Source: Dicyema japonicum (taxonomy: Eukaryota; Animalia; Dicyemida). From it: a stretch of 64,000 nucleotides of DNA. The stretch spans positions 1,477,067-1,541,066 of the forward strand of contig RDEW01000004.1 of NCBI GenBank assembly GCA_011109175.1, in the 5' to 3' direction. This document shows, piece after piece, positions 24,780 to 40,679 of the stretch. The notes beneath the pieces are model-generated. The model saw only the letters and a list, made by a program, of their open reading frames with translations, ran no database searches and was not told the origin of the DNA. The translations under genes were made by a program, and so were the position numbers. Numbering within the stretch: the first letter of the stretch is position 1; each line of letters opens with the position of its first letter.

Positions 24780-26159
24780 ATGGACGAAAAAGTCAAAAAT
24801 GAAATTTTGCAGTTTATTGCAAATACTTATAAACACAAAATAAAGTATTGAAATTAATTTATCTTTTCAGTCATAGAATGTACCACAATATTTGTAGAAA
24901 ATTTTCTCGTAAGATAAAGAGAAGAAAAATAGCAGAAGAACGCAATAAAAAGTTAGAAGGAAATTAAATTTTGTTTAGTCTAAAAGAAGGCAATAAGAAT
25001 ATGAAAAATCAAGAATATCTTAACGAATTAAACCAAATAGAACAGGAGGAGTTAACAAATTATGAAAATGACAGGTTTTTTAGTTATTCACAATTACTGA
25101 TTTATTTTTATGCAAAAATAGGCGTGTTCAATATTTGCTTTGGGCTGAAAGAGATAGAAAATCTCATTTGTTATGGAAACTGAAAAATGACAAAATTCAA
25201 GTCAATAAATCCAAGAAAGTTATAAATATATCATTTTTTAACTTCAATAATCAAACTTTTAGAAATCTGATGAATTTTTACTCTCATCTGATGATTTATT
25301 GGCGAATAAATCTATAAAACTACGAGTAATTGTATCTTTTTTAATTTTAACATATTTATCATAATTTTCTTTAATTATTATATTTTATTGATACAATCGA
25401 ACTGATTTCTGAATTGTAGGACACGACAAAATGTGAAAGCACGTGGAGAAATCCCTCACCTCCTGAGAATTATATTATGGAGTCAATAGAAAAGGAATCA
25501 TGCACAATTTTTACACGGACTGGAGTTTGCAAATTTGGAATTTCGTAAGTCCATTTAAATAAATTTCTTTAGGTGTAATAGAAGTCACAACATTGGATCA
25601 AAACCACTAAGAACAGTTTTATTTCCAAACATGTACAAGCATTTTGAGTTAACACATGGAAACTCAATCGAATATGAAAGTAAAGAATTGCAAAAAGCCT
25701 ACGACGATTTCTACTACGACATTTTAGGAGAACTTAAGAAGGCTGGCCGAGTCGTAAAATTAATTACCTGTTGTAATCATTCGCCATATTTAAGGGGGAA
25801 TGTTTATGTGGAATATTCGAGGTATCATGTTTTGTTAAGAAGATCTAAATATGCCGTTGAAGCTTGTAGAACTTTTACTGGTCGGTGGTATGACTGCCGA
25901 AGATTGACCCCATATCTTACACATGTGACAAATTGGAAGGCTGCAATTTGTGGTAATATATTTAAATGATTTAACCTAAAATATTTATTTCTGAATATTA
26001 TCAATAGGATATTATGCACGTGGAAATTGTCCAAAAGGGGGACAGTGTAATTATCTTCATTTTTATAATAACCCGTCGTCGGATGAATATATTTATCACG
26101 GACATAAGGGACATCGATATTTAAGATTTGAAAAATTAAAGCAGAAATTCAAAAAATGA
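24780..26159 (+). CDS. ZRSR2: U2AF35-related splicing factor ZRSR2/URP (coiled coil, CCCH, UHM, CCCH; no RS tail)
   Basis: WRNPSPP, CTIFTRTGVCKFG.SCNRSH, DFYYDILGELKKAGRV..CCNHSPYLRGNVYVEY, FTGRWY, VTNWKAAICG..CPKGGQCNYLH..NP. These match ZRSR2 rather than U2AF1. Confidence 0.9.
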
Positions 26160-26172
26160 TGAGTTTTATAAT

Positions 26173-26778
26173 TTATTTATTTTTATTACATCTTCTGTTT
26201 TGAAACCAGATTCTAATTACTTTTCTTGGAAGATTAACCAAGTGTGATAATCTTAGAATTTCGCTTTTCTCTGGACGAGGGTTGTAGGCATAATAATTTT
26301 TTAATTCGGTTTGTTGATTGTTGTCTATTTTTGTCCTCCGTCTTATTTTTTTCTTTTTAAAATAAAAATTATATTAATTACTTCTAAATCACAATGTTTG
26401 TTGCAAAATAACTCGTCTTCTTTTATGTAGGCGGTTCCTTGAATGGTAGCGCTGCAGATAATGCATCTCGCACAACTTAAATGAAACATTCCAATAGACG
26501 TATCAGCGAAATATTCACCGTTCTTAAATAATTCGAAGCATTTTTTACATTTATGCATGAAAAATCTTAATTCACAATTTTAATCATTATTACCTTTCAT
26601 AGTGAGAATAACAATAAAATTTATTATTTCTATAAAAACAATGTTCTCGGTTGCTTAAATTTAAAGAACAAAAATTGCATTTCAAACAGAAATTGTGACA
26701 AAATCCAACATCCGTTATATAAATCCAAAATTTGTTATCAATTCGAATATAATTTATATTGCAAATAGCACATTTCAT
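26173..26778 (-). CDS. ISL: Islet-like LIM-homeobox protein (2 LIM plus homeodomain, ~180 aa)
   Basis: Two LIM domains (ORFs 26590-26778 and 26343-26558) splice to KKIRRRTKIDNNQQTELKNYYAYNPRPEKSEILRLSHLVNLPRKVIRIWFQNRRCNKNK*. NPRP and WFQNxRC are Islet-like. Confidence 0.85.
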
Positions 26779-26989
26779 TTAGAAATGAATTCTTGATAGC
26801 TTTTTAAACTAACTTTGTTTAAACAGCCATTAAATGATTATAACTAATAAGCTTTATTTTATCGTTACTAATTGATGTTTGCAGAATCATTACTTTAAAA
26901 CTTATTTTCTTCAATTAGCACTAACAATTTTATTAGCAAGAAATGAAAAAAAGAATAATTCAAAGAGTTTTTCTTGTTTTACAACTTTC

Positions 26990-27450
26990 TTAGAACTTTA
27001 GTCGATTGAACGGTTGGGGATAGCTAAAATAACAAAGGTTTTGAATCGAAGAGCATGGACTTCTAATTGGAGTTTTTCTTCAATTAGTAAATCCACATTA
27101 AGCTAAAAATATAAAGGCAGATCAAAGTCTTTCATATAGAAGACCACCATTCTCTCCTTCACAGTCCCTCTTACTGACTCAGAGGTTTTTCTTAGTTCTC
27201 ATTTAACAGGAGAGAAAACCCTTTCTTAGTCTTTTCCAACATTAAGGTAATTCTCTCTCATTGGAGAAAAACCACCCATCGCATCCATAGAACAGTATCC
27301 CACCAAATTTTGAGCTTTTCGTATACAGCATCGCCAGAAAAGCTTTTTTCCTTCTGGTTTCAATATTTTCACTGTAGTCGCCATTACGTCTGAATAGTGC
27401 ATCAAGATAGTGGAGTGGATGCACATTCTTCACTGTGTTTATATTCTCCT
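26990..27450 (-). mobile_element. RTE-like LINE C-terminal relic
   Basis: HYLDALFRRNGDYSENIETRRKKAFLAM..ILFYGCDGW. Confidence 0.6.
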
Positions 27451-27544
27451 AAAATTGTAAATTGGTTAAGACTAGCAATACAATTTATGTATTAAAAAAG
27501 CTTTCTTTCCAAAAACTCAGGTTTCTTGACATATTTGAGATTTA

Positions 27545-27830
27545 TTTATTAATCCCAGGATTACAATTTTTGATAAGCCCAGTACAAATAGTCACAGCTA
27601 ATTAATCCAAGGAAAGAACCTAAGCGAGAACGTCTACTTGTGCCTACCAAATCCATCCTTCAATAGCCCATTAAAGGCTTCCGAAAAGAAGTGGAGAAGT
27701 AGGCGCCCTCTTTTATTTTCGTCACACGTTATTGCAAATTAAGTCCCTTTCTTTTTCCCGTCAAGGTAATCATTTCATTCTTTAGCGGAAGAGTTTTCAT
27801 AATGGAAAGTCTTCAACAGTGGATTTGGCC
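27545..27830 (-). repeat. Dispersed repeat, probably a LINE 3' end; second copy at ~52040-52300
   Basis: Shared acaa..ctaattaatccaagga..gaacc..ccaaatccatcc and a similar tail. Confidence 0.6.
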
Positions 27831-27899
27831 AGGAAGAAGGTAGGAAGATCACTTTTAATAACATATTTGAGTTGAGAATACTGTAAGAATAAATCAGCA

Positions 27900-28430
27900 A
27901 TTAAGTATCGCCGTATCTCATCAGTAGGAAATCCGATCCCAGTAGGAAATCCGATCCAAAATGAGATATAAAATTGAAAAAAACGTCTATAACTGAATAT
28001 TTTGTGAAGAATTTGGCTCTTTTTGAGATCTGGAGAATTTTTCGGATGCAAGTTCGCTGTTCAATCTGTTAGAATTTTCCAAAACCGCAGTATAGAAGAT
28101 TCCCAAAGACATGTTCTTATCAAACTGGACATCAATACCGCTTTCAATAGTCTGAGGTGAGATAATATTCTAGAGGCGTGTATGATAGATGTCCTAATAT
28201 CTTCGAAATGGTGAACCAGTCCTATAGCATGTCATCATCCTTACTTTTCTGACACTACATAATCCCTTCGTCTTCTGGAGTGCAACCAGGAAACCCCCTT
28301 CGACCCTCTGTTATTTTGCCTTAAATTAAATTTATAGAACCAAAAAAACACGAGTTTTCTTAGTTGTTATTGCCTTGTAATCGAATCACCAAACTTCCCC
28401 GCTCGCCCCTCACTCTATGGTATGGATGAT
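27900..28430 (+). mobile_element. CRE-clade RT relic
   Basis: RRISVGN, AVQSVR..VLIKLDINTAFNSLR and SGVQPGNP. Confidence 0.65.
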
Positions 28431-28559
28431 GTGTTAAAAGACGATTTAATTGACCTCAACCTCTAAGAACTTTTAATAACTTATAATGAATATATATTAT
28501 ATTAAGGTCAAAATGACATAATATTTAGTATAAATATATTTTAACGTCGATTCGTTCAA

Positions 28560-29553
28560 ATGGAAAAAGTAAATCTAAGCATTGTTTATTCTGGAGAAAA
28601 TTATGGATTTTCTCTTACATGGATTGACTACAATAGTGATCCTTATATTTCGTATATCGTTCCAAATAGTGTTGCACAAAAATCTGGACTCAAGGTAAAT
28701 GATATTGTGGTTTCGATTAACGATCTTAAAAAGCATGAATTAAAAATGTTTTCCACATATCGACGACATAAATACTGTGGAAAAGTTTTGAATTTGGTTG
28801 TTCTTCGAAGAAAAACTTCACCTCTAAAATATAATCCAGGTTTATATAGATTTTTAAATACAAGATAAAACGGTAAATATGAAAAACTTGGACAGATATA
28901 TAGAATCTGAGTTAAATATGTTGCTTAAAGAATTTGAAGAAAAACCTTCGGATTTAATTGAAACAAAGCATTTAATTCGTATTTGTCAGTTGTCACTAAA
29001 TGGAAGTTCCTCATATGGATTTACCCTTGTCATGAATGAGACAGGCTTTGGCCACATAATCAAAGACGTTATTAAAAATTCTCCAGCGGATGTCGCAGGA
29101 ATTAAAAATGATGATGTTCTCATAGAAGTCAACGATACAAACGTGCAAAATATTGAGCATAAAAATCTTGTGGATATTATTAGAATGTCGACTGAAAAAC
29201 TTTCTCTCTTAGTTGTTGATCAAATACTTTTAATTATTTAAGTAAAAATGAGGTCGTTTTCTCTAAGAAATTATCAGTGACAAATGATATAAATAATACC
29301 TGTAAGTTTTATCGATGTAATATTTGTAGCAAATGAAACTGATTTTAGTAGTGTTTCAAACTGTAACCCTGAAAAAGGTTTCATTTATTTAAACAAATTT
29401 TAAGTGGAACACGGAAGCGTAGAAAAGAAAAATATTGAAATTTTTGAAATCTTTGGATTACCAATTGATGAGGGTTTTCCTGACAATGTGATAACACTAC
29501 GAAACCGTATCAACCAGGAAAAAGGAAATCTAAAAATCAAGATTAGACACTAA
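28560..29553 (+). CDS. Two-PDZ adaptor, NHERF/PDZK1-like
   Basis: PDZ1 ENYGFSL..YISYIVPNSVAQKSGLKVNDIVVSIN and PDZ2 SYGFTL..GHIIKDVIKNSPADVAGIKNDDVLIEVN..HKNLVDIIR, joined by a micro-intron. Confidence 0.8.
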
Positions 29554-29579
29554 TATTTTTGAAATTTAATTATCAAACG

Positions 29580-29810
29580 TGTTTTATTTCTGACTATAAG
29601 TACTGATCCACGTCGACATAGCAAAAGATCATCTGGAGCAAGTAGATTCACAAGCGTTATGGCTTTCATGTGTAGTCAGACGTCCCAGTCTCTTAGAAAA
29701 GACATTGACTTTCCGTTTATACCTCCAGTTGTCTCGACAACTATAGCATGGAACATGAACCGGTCCAAAAACTTTCGCAGTTTTTCTTTTAGACTATTCA
29801 TCTTTTTTTG
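29580..29810 (-). mobile_element. CRE-clade C-terminal relic
   Basis: LDRFMFHAIVVETTGGING..SF.KRLGRL. Confidence 0.6.
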
Positions 29811-29929
29811 TGGCGTATAAAGCGTTTACACTAAACTTAGAACACTTTATGAAGGAAACATTGCTACTAAGATGAGGAGTAGTATACGAAGCAATAAGAT
29901 TTGTTAACTGATTTCTATCCAGAAAGTCT

Positions 29930-32830
29930 CCCCTAGAAGTTGTTAATCTACGTGGTTATCTATGAATCTGAAGTCCCAATACTCTTGTGTGTGTTTAAAA
30001 ATCGAATGAAATTCCTAATATTTTAACCTACTTTTCTATTTAACCATAGAGGAATCAGCTCATGTGGATTTATCCTGTAATCGAGCTTCAAAGCAAAATT
30101 CTGTGTTTTTTTTAAATTTCTTGAGAATTTAGAATAGAGCTTTTCTTTTTAGAGTCGTACCATCCTTCAAAACTGTATGACATTCCAGAAAGTATTATGT
30201 GATTGAAGACATAAACAAAAGTCTTCGGCTCGAATTTTAACTTTCTCACGAAAAATAGAGCATTCGTAGCTTTTTCGTGCGTGTTTTCGCGTGTTCCAGA
30301 AAATTAAAATTTTCTTCAGTAAGGAGTCCAAGGTATTTCATAGCATTCTACCGAGGTATGTCTAGTAACAAGTTTCCTAGGTTAGTCAGCCTCCTGTTTT
30401 CAGTTACCCTTAACGGACCAGACTTCTCATGTGAGACGAAAGTTTACATTGCACCACTCAGATCTGGGTCAACTGTTTTCCAGATAAGAAAGGTTTTATT
30501 ATATCGTTACGTTCCACGTGTGAAACGATTCTGTTTATAATTCGGAAGATTGTTGGTATAAGGCTATGAGCCTATAATTGGTTGCCAAGTATCCAAGTTT
30601 CCCAGATTTATGTATACCTCCGTTAATTTCCAATGGGAAGGCATATGACTCACACTGATACTGGACATAAAGAGAGACGTCAGATACTCATAGAGATCCT
30701 GGGATGCTTCCTTGAATAAATCCATATCGATCTATTTAAATCCATCCGCATTGTCTTTTGTGCACAATACTACACCTTCAACTTCTCTGGCATTTAACGG
30801 GGTTGTGACTTAGTGATAAAAAAACTGGAAAAATTTTCCAACCCTTCTTTTAAAGAACAAATGGCCATATGAGACATGACATAGTGTATTTTTAAAAGTT
30901 CATCCCCAATAAGTAAAAAAGTCACTTCTAAGAATACAGAAGACCCATCATGTTTTTGAAAAAATTGAAATTTTTTCTGTATTTCCCCGGATTGATCGTC
31001 ATTATTTCTAATCTAGAAGCCTACGGTCGTGCGGATCAGAACATCGTCGAAGATTGTTTCTAAGTATTGTTTCCTCGTCGAAGAGACTACAGCATTTCTT
31101 AGGGGCAAAAGAGATTTCTAGTTAACTGAATAAATCAAATTTGCATATATTTCGAGGTAAGATTTTAGAAAAGAAATTAGAGAGTTGCTGGAACCCTCAA
31201 GATCCAAATTGGAAAACCTTTCATAACATTAATGGACAGAATGTTCCAAAAACATAACAATACTTTTTTCGGTAGTCATCCCAGTTTATACTTGATAGAT
31301 TGTAGCGTACAAGGGCAGGCTTGATCTTCTGGGGTGAGGAGTACACAAGATCGGTAGATGATCGTTACCGATATCATCAGGATAATTGGCTGTTCCAATA
31401 ATTGAATAACGATACAATGGCAGTGCCATGCCCAAATAATCCAAACGACTAGGAGAATAGTGATTAGGGGTCAGGACGTCACAGCGGAAAATCCAGAGGA
31501 AACAGATATATCCTTTGGAACTAAGTAGTATCTGTTTATTCTCACACAACCGAACGCGGTATTTTTAAGTTTAAGTTCACCAGGAGGATCGAGAACGACG
31601 CATTTACATCGCAAAAAAATTCTTGATGATATGAGCATAATTCTTTCCAACATATCCCTTCGATTTTTGTCATGTTTTTTAAACTTGGAGGTCCAGAAAA
31701 ATCGAACTCGCATAATTCCTGAGATATGATTTTCAGATTTCGGACTTTTAGTTTTCTGCATAACAAAGATGTACACTCGCTCCAGCAACCGAGCTGGGCT
31801 TTCATTTAATGTCACGAGAACAATATCTCTCAAGTCGAAAATTATCCTCATTCTTTAATTTCGTTTCATTAGCATTTAATATATCAGCGTTGTTGGTGGG
31901 TAGCATCTCTAACGCTTTCTATTTAAGAATCGGGCATTCAACGCGATTAATGCATTCCAACTTTTCCACAACTAATGCATTTTTTTCAATGTCATTAACC
32001 AAGCAAGAGCTCATATTGTGCTCCTCACCACAAATTAAGCGCCTTTCTTTTTCCTTGCAAAAATTCCCAATATGTTTAAATTTTGGCATTGGAAGCATCT
32101 AGTTACCGGTTTCCTATCCAATTCAAAACAAATTATACGGATCCCAAAAAGTACGCCTATCCTCACAAGTGACGTGTTTCTTTTTTGGACTTCAAAGTTA
32201 ATTTTTCAACAGGGAAACTACACACTCCTTCATGAAACGTTGGAAAAAGAAACTAGGTTTTAGAGAAACAAGAAAAAATTCTCTACATAACAACAATGGA
32301 CGAATGTAGGATGGATGTGGAAATAACATCTCCATCAATACCAAAAGAAAACGCTCAAACCAACTCATCGACACAAGCGTCCATGTTTTTTGAGGCAAAT
32401 TCAAGCGTGAATATTACTGGTTTTCTTGGAATAATTCGTTCAGACAGTCACTAAATTGGATAAAATATTGAAACGCATAATTCGTTTCAACGCCGTGTTC
32501 TTTAATTGCAGATTAACTAAAAATGAATCATGTGTGATGGTAGATGAAGCAACTTGCTCAGAGTGTCTTTCGTATACGGATGCAGACTAGGTACAGTTCA
32601 CTAATTGGTATTTCAATCCTTCTATGGATTTAGACTTTTCTGAACTAATTGATATTTCAATTTCTTCGTTACAGCCAAGAGCGGACGCTCCCAGAGCTCC
32701 GACAGGTATATTAGGTCCTGTACAGAACTAGGAAGTGCACCCGGACAAGAGAATCTTAAAAATAATAATCTATCATACATATAATCATATTATAATTTAG
32801 TTGACAAAATTAATTTATTCTATAACCTAA
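29930..32830 (-). mobile_element. I/Jockey-type LINE relic (gag Zn-knuckle, APE, RT)
   Basis: FKHIGNFCKEKKRRLICGEEH..SC, ILNANETKL, DDIGNDHLPI and MKYLGL in successive frames. Confidence 0.7.
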
Positions 32831-33049
32831 TTTATAATATAGTTTCCAATTTACTTGAAAATAAAATTCAATATTCATACATAAAACAAACCTTAAGTGC
32901 ATTTTTTGCAATTGTCTAATTAATACATGTGACTGAAGTTAGTCTGATCATTCACTATATTTTTTATTTTTCTATCAGAATAAAAAAAGTAATAAAAAGG
33001 TTTGATTGTTTTGTGTATTTGATAAGTTATTATTATTATTTTTGGAAAA

Positions 33050-33420
33050 CGCAACTAAAAGAAATTTATCTCATTTTCGCATCTGTAACTCGATGGACAG
33101 TCTTCGATGCTACAAACGCGTTATAAAGTCGCAATTATCTTGAACAATACATTGGGACATCCACCTGGACTGTATTTTCTTTACTGCCAATGTACTAATG
33201 TTTTCCTAATTTTAATGTCTTCCAGTCTCTTAGTAGTGGCCCAACTTCCTCACTCTTCTCCATGTTTCTTCAGCTGGTTGGGTCTCACTTTTCACTAATG
33301 ATATATCCGTTCTTTCGATATTTTATTTCATGGACCATTTGTCGAATATTTCGGATGCTCAGTTTAGAATATTTTGTATATCGCTATCTTTTGGGAAACA
33401 TTGTCTATGTCGTCGATTAA
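33050..33420 (-). mobile_element. RTE-like LINE relic
   Basis: EETWRRVRKLG..EDIKIRKTL..RLYNAFV. Confidence 0.6.
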
Positions 33421-33611
33421 TTTAAAAAATCGAGTTTTACAATGGCAGTATTATAGAGTTGATCAAAAAAATTAATCTCAAAGATATAGTTGTCGGAATA
33501 TAGAATTGTTAATTATTAAAAGAATAATGCAATTCATTTAAATATTTAAATGTTCTATTTAAAATTTGAAAATTGCCGCAGTTGTCATCAAATTAGTTGG
33601 CTTTTGTCGTC

Positions 33612-35316
<1,705 letters not shown>

Positions 35317-35389
35317 CAGTCATTTATTGTTTAATGTGGTGTTTTGGTCTTACTTTAAATTATTTTTAAAAGCTTATTACATTATTTTT

Positions 35390-37830
35390 GAATAATAATA
35401 GGGACATGGTTTGACAAAGCATTGCAACTCGATAAACTATTAACAAAGTCATAAACTTTTTGTACTAACCATGATTTCTTCAGTTCTTGGAATGCCGCAT
35501 TTTCAATCTTCTGTCTTTTCGGAATGTCAACCTGATTTTTAAGAGAGTTTTTAACTACTTGGTCTAGCGCCAAATATTGTTAGTAATCGATCACTTTCTT
35601 ACACCGGATTTTGTTCTGTCCTCGTTGAGAGTAAGAAGCATTTCGTCGGTCTTTCCGATATCATCTTCATTAATTGGGTCAGGACTTACCTGTCTTCCGA
35701 GACAAAGTCCAAAATTGTCTCCATAAGCTACAAAATCTATTCTCCTTGATGTTTGAATTCTCTGATTGCCGATTCCAAAATAAATTAAAAATAATATTGG
35801 TGACAGGGGTCTCCTCGTAGGGGTCTCTGTTTTCGTTTTGAATTTTTGAAACTACTCTCCCAACTTTGACTGTGAGTTCAGTATCTGATAAGGAGAATTC
35901 TCATCAAGGAAACTTTAAATCACTTCAATAAGGTTCGGTCGAAATCTTTTACATATTTATACTTAGAACCCATAAGCATGTGAATATTTAGGGTTTCATT
36001 TGTTTCGTGCTCTTCACTATCCGTTCTACCAGGTTTTTTTGTAAGTAAATGCAGTATTTATGATTTTATTTAATCCAAGACCACGGTAAAACCAAACTAA
36101 TTATCAAGTAATTCCAATGCATTCTAACAGAGACCTCATCTTTGCCCGGTGTTCTTCCTTCGTACCCGCGCATAAATGTACAGGACGGCTGCCTGAATTT
36201 TTCAGGGCCACCTTCCCGTGATCTGACGTCTAGTCTCATAAGGGCCTCCAGAAACGTAGTCCGGTTCGGTGATCTTCACAAATCCAACACTCCGTTACTC
36301 TGTAAGCCCTCTTTTGAATTTCCTCAATTTTCCTCATATTTGTCCAAGATATGGACGGTCTCCACGAGGCGCATGCATATGAGAAACATGGCTCGATGTA
36401 CTATTTGTACACGTTATCAAGACTGGGTGACTACCACTCTTCCATATTCCCGATAAACTTTTCAATACGTTCAGTTTCTTCTCGCATTTCAATAGAATGT
36501 TTTCTACGTGTGGTGTCAGAGATACATATCAAAATCCTTTGACATCTTTTGAAAGGGATGCCAACCTTGTTTATCTTCAAGGTGACTGTCTTCCTCCCAA
36601 TCTTTTGTCAGAGGTAAATAGTGACATAGACGACTTCCCTGCATTCACCACGAGTCGGTTATCCATTATCCAGGCATTAAGCCTGTCCAGGTTAATTTGT
36701 ATTCTTTCTGTGGCCTTCTGGATGTCATGATCTCGCGAAGCAAACAATATCATCTTCATAGGAAAGTAGATAATCAATATCAGATTCAAGAGTCGGGAGA
36801 TCAGCAAGAAAGAGGTTAAACAGAGCAGGGGATAATGGAGACTCTTGAGGGACTCCGTTGGGGAGGAGCCGTGAATTGATTTCAGACCTCCGAGACAAAC
36901 ACGTCCCCTTCTTCCACCTAGGAATTTAGTGATCTATATCATTAGCTTCTCTGGGATCTCCGATTAAAATATTTTTCTCGATAGAATCTTCCTCAAGAAT
37001 GAGTTAAAAGCTTTATGTATGTCAATCGAGCAAAGCACTGTTTTTTAAGTGTCTCTGATTGTTTGCAAATCCGACTCGAATGAAATTGGTAAATGTTTGT
37101 ATGTAGACTTGGATCTCTCATTTTTGAATCCATGTTTAAAAGTCTTTCTGGTAAAAATTCTTTTATTCTCCCGAGGACCAGCCTCTCCAGGATTTTAGAC
37201 ATGGAAAATAGTAGTGATACTGGTCTAAAAGACGCTGGGTCAACTTTTGGTCATCCAGGTTTCAGTATTGCCCGTATTAGTGCCTATTTCCATAATAACG
37301 GTATCACATTTTGGTCAATCAAATAGTTGAAAATCGACGTTAAGAAGGTAACTTCCCCCGTCTCCAAGATTTGTCTCTGCATTTCAAGTTCCTATTGAAT
37401 TGAGTGAGCAGACCTCCACCTTATCTCTCTTAACGGTCCATCCTGATAGCCTTGTATCCTGGGAATGTAGGGATATGGTCATTAAAGGTGACTTTGGTCT
37501 CTTAAATTATAGCCACGTTGATCTTCTGACTTGCCAGAAGGAGCGGAGTTCTTTGATTTTCCCTTTTATTTCATTTATTTTTAGGTAGAGTAAAGTACTT
37601 TTCTCTTGGATAGACTGAGGATTTCTTCCGGGAAGTCTCGATCTTCCGCGAAATACATCGCCCAGGGGCGAGAATGTCCCGGGAGAATGGGGTCTAAAGG
37701 TCTTTTTCTGTTGATATTAGGTGCTCCTTGGGAGTTTTCAAATATTTTTGAATTGGTAGACCAAATAACGCCTGCTAAAATATTTTGGATCACCAAAATT
37801 ACTTTAATTAGCTATTTTTTGGTTTTTATA
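35390..37830 (-). mobile_element. RTE relic (35390-36050) followed by an I/Jockey RT relic (36110-37830), duplicated with the mannosidase
   Basis: RRPLSPILFLIYF..VAYGD; GVPQESPLSP.LFNL; SKILERL. Near-identical to 40680-43050. Confidence 0.75.
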
Positions 37831-37879
37831 AAGTAAATTATCTTATTAAAAACATTTGATAACAATTTGAGGATTTAAT

Positions 37880-38190
37880 GCATTATTATTATTAGTATTA
37901 AACATTCTCGCACTGCAATGACAAAGCAAGTGCAACTCGAAAAACTATGAGCAAAATCATTTTTCTCCACTTACCTCTTTTATATGCAAGTTCAAGTAGT
38001 CCATCTAGATTCTCCCCTTCTATTAAGTGTCTCCCAATCTTTTAGAGGTCCCCGGTCGTCCATTGTATATGGGATTGTCAGACGCGATTAAGTCCTTCTT
38101 GACCACTTTAGCTAGGGAATCCAGCCATTCGCTAAGTAGGGTAAATGTTGGAACACCTAATCCATCTCGATTCTGTGTTCTTTACTTGAA
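37880..38190 (-). mobile_element. RTE-like 3' end relic
   Basis: KVVKKDL..KDWETL..RW followed by a (TAA)n tail. Confidence 0.5.
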
Positions 38191-38884
38191 GATTAATTAA
38201 AAGTGAATCATTTGTCATGGTTGATGGAACAACTTGCTCAGAGTGTCTTTTTTACAGAAACAAAATCTTGCTACAGTTCACTAATTAGTATTTTAATTCT
38301 TTTTTGGATTTAGACTTTTCTGTATTTCAATTTTTCTTAGATGTTATTGCTATTTCAACTATCATTTAGCTGACACTTTACAACAAATGAATTTTCTAAC
38401 AACGAGTTTTTTTCTTAGATGTTGTTGCTATTCCAACTATCAGTTAGCTGACACTTTACCACAAATGAATTATTTAACAATTATACAAACTCCGTTTATT
38501 GTACTCTCGACAGTGTTTGAAGAAGAAAGTCGATATACATCCACCCATAATCTCAATAAAATGAAAAAAAACAATATAAAATATAATCCTTAGATAATCC
38601 ATCATAGAAATAATAATATAATTTAGTTAACTTAATTAATTTATTAAATATTATAATTTAGTTGACCTAATTATCCATAACTTTAGTCAATAATAATATT
38701 TGTTAAATAAATAATAATAACTTCAGTAGTTTTGATTAAAAAAAACTAATCTCGAAGATCTGGTTGTCGGGATTTAGAATTGTTAATTATTAAAAGAATG
38801 ATATAATTAATATGAATATTTAAATGCTATAAATAAAATTTGAAAATTATCTTGGTTGTCATCAAATATTTAGCATTTATTGTT

Positions 38885-40602
<1,718 letters not shown>

Positions 40603-40679
40603 CAGTCATTTATTGTTTAATGTAGTGTTTTGGTCTTACTTTAAATTATTTTTAAAAGTTTATTACATTATTTTTGAAT

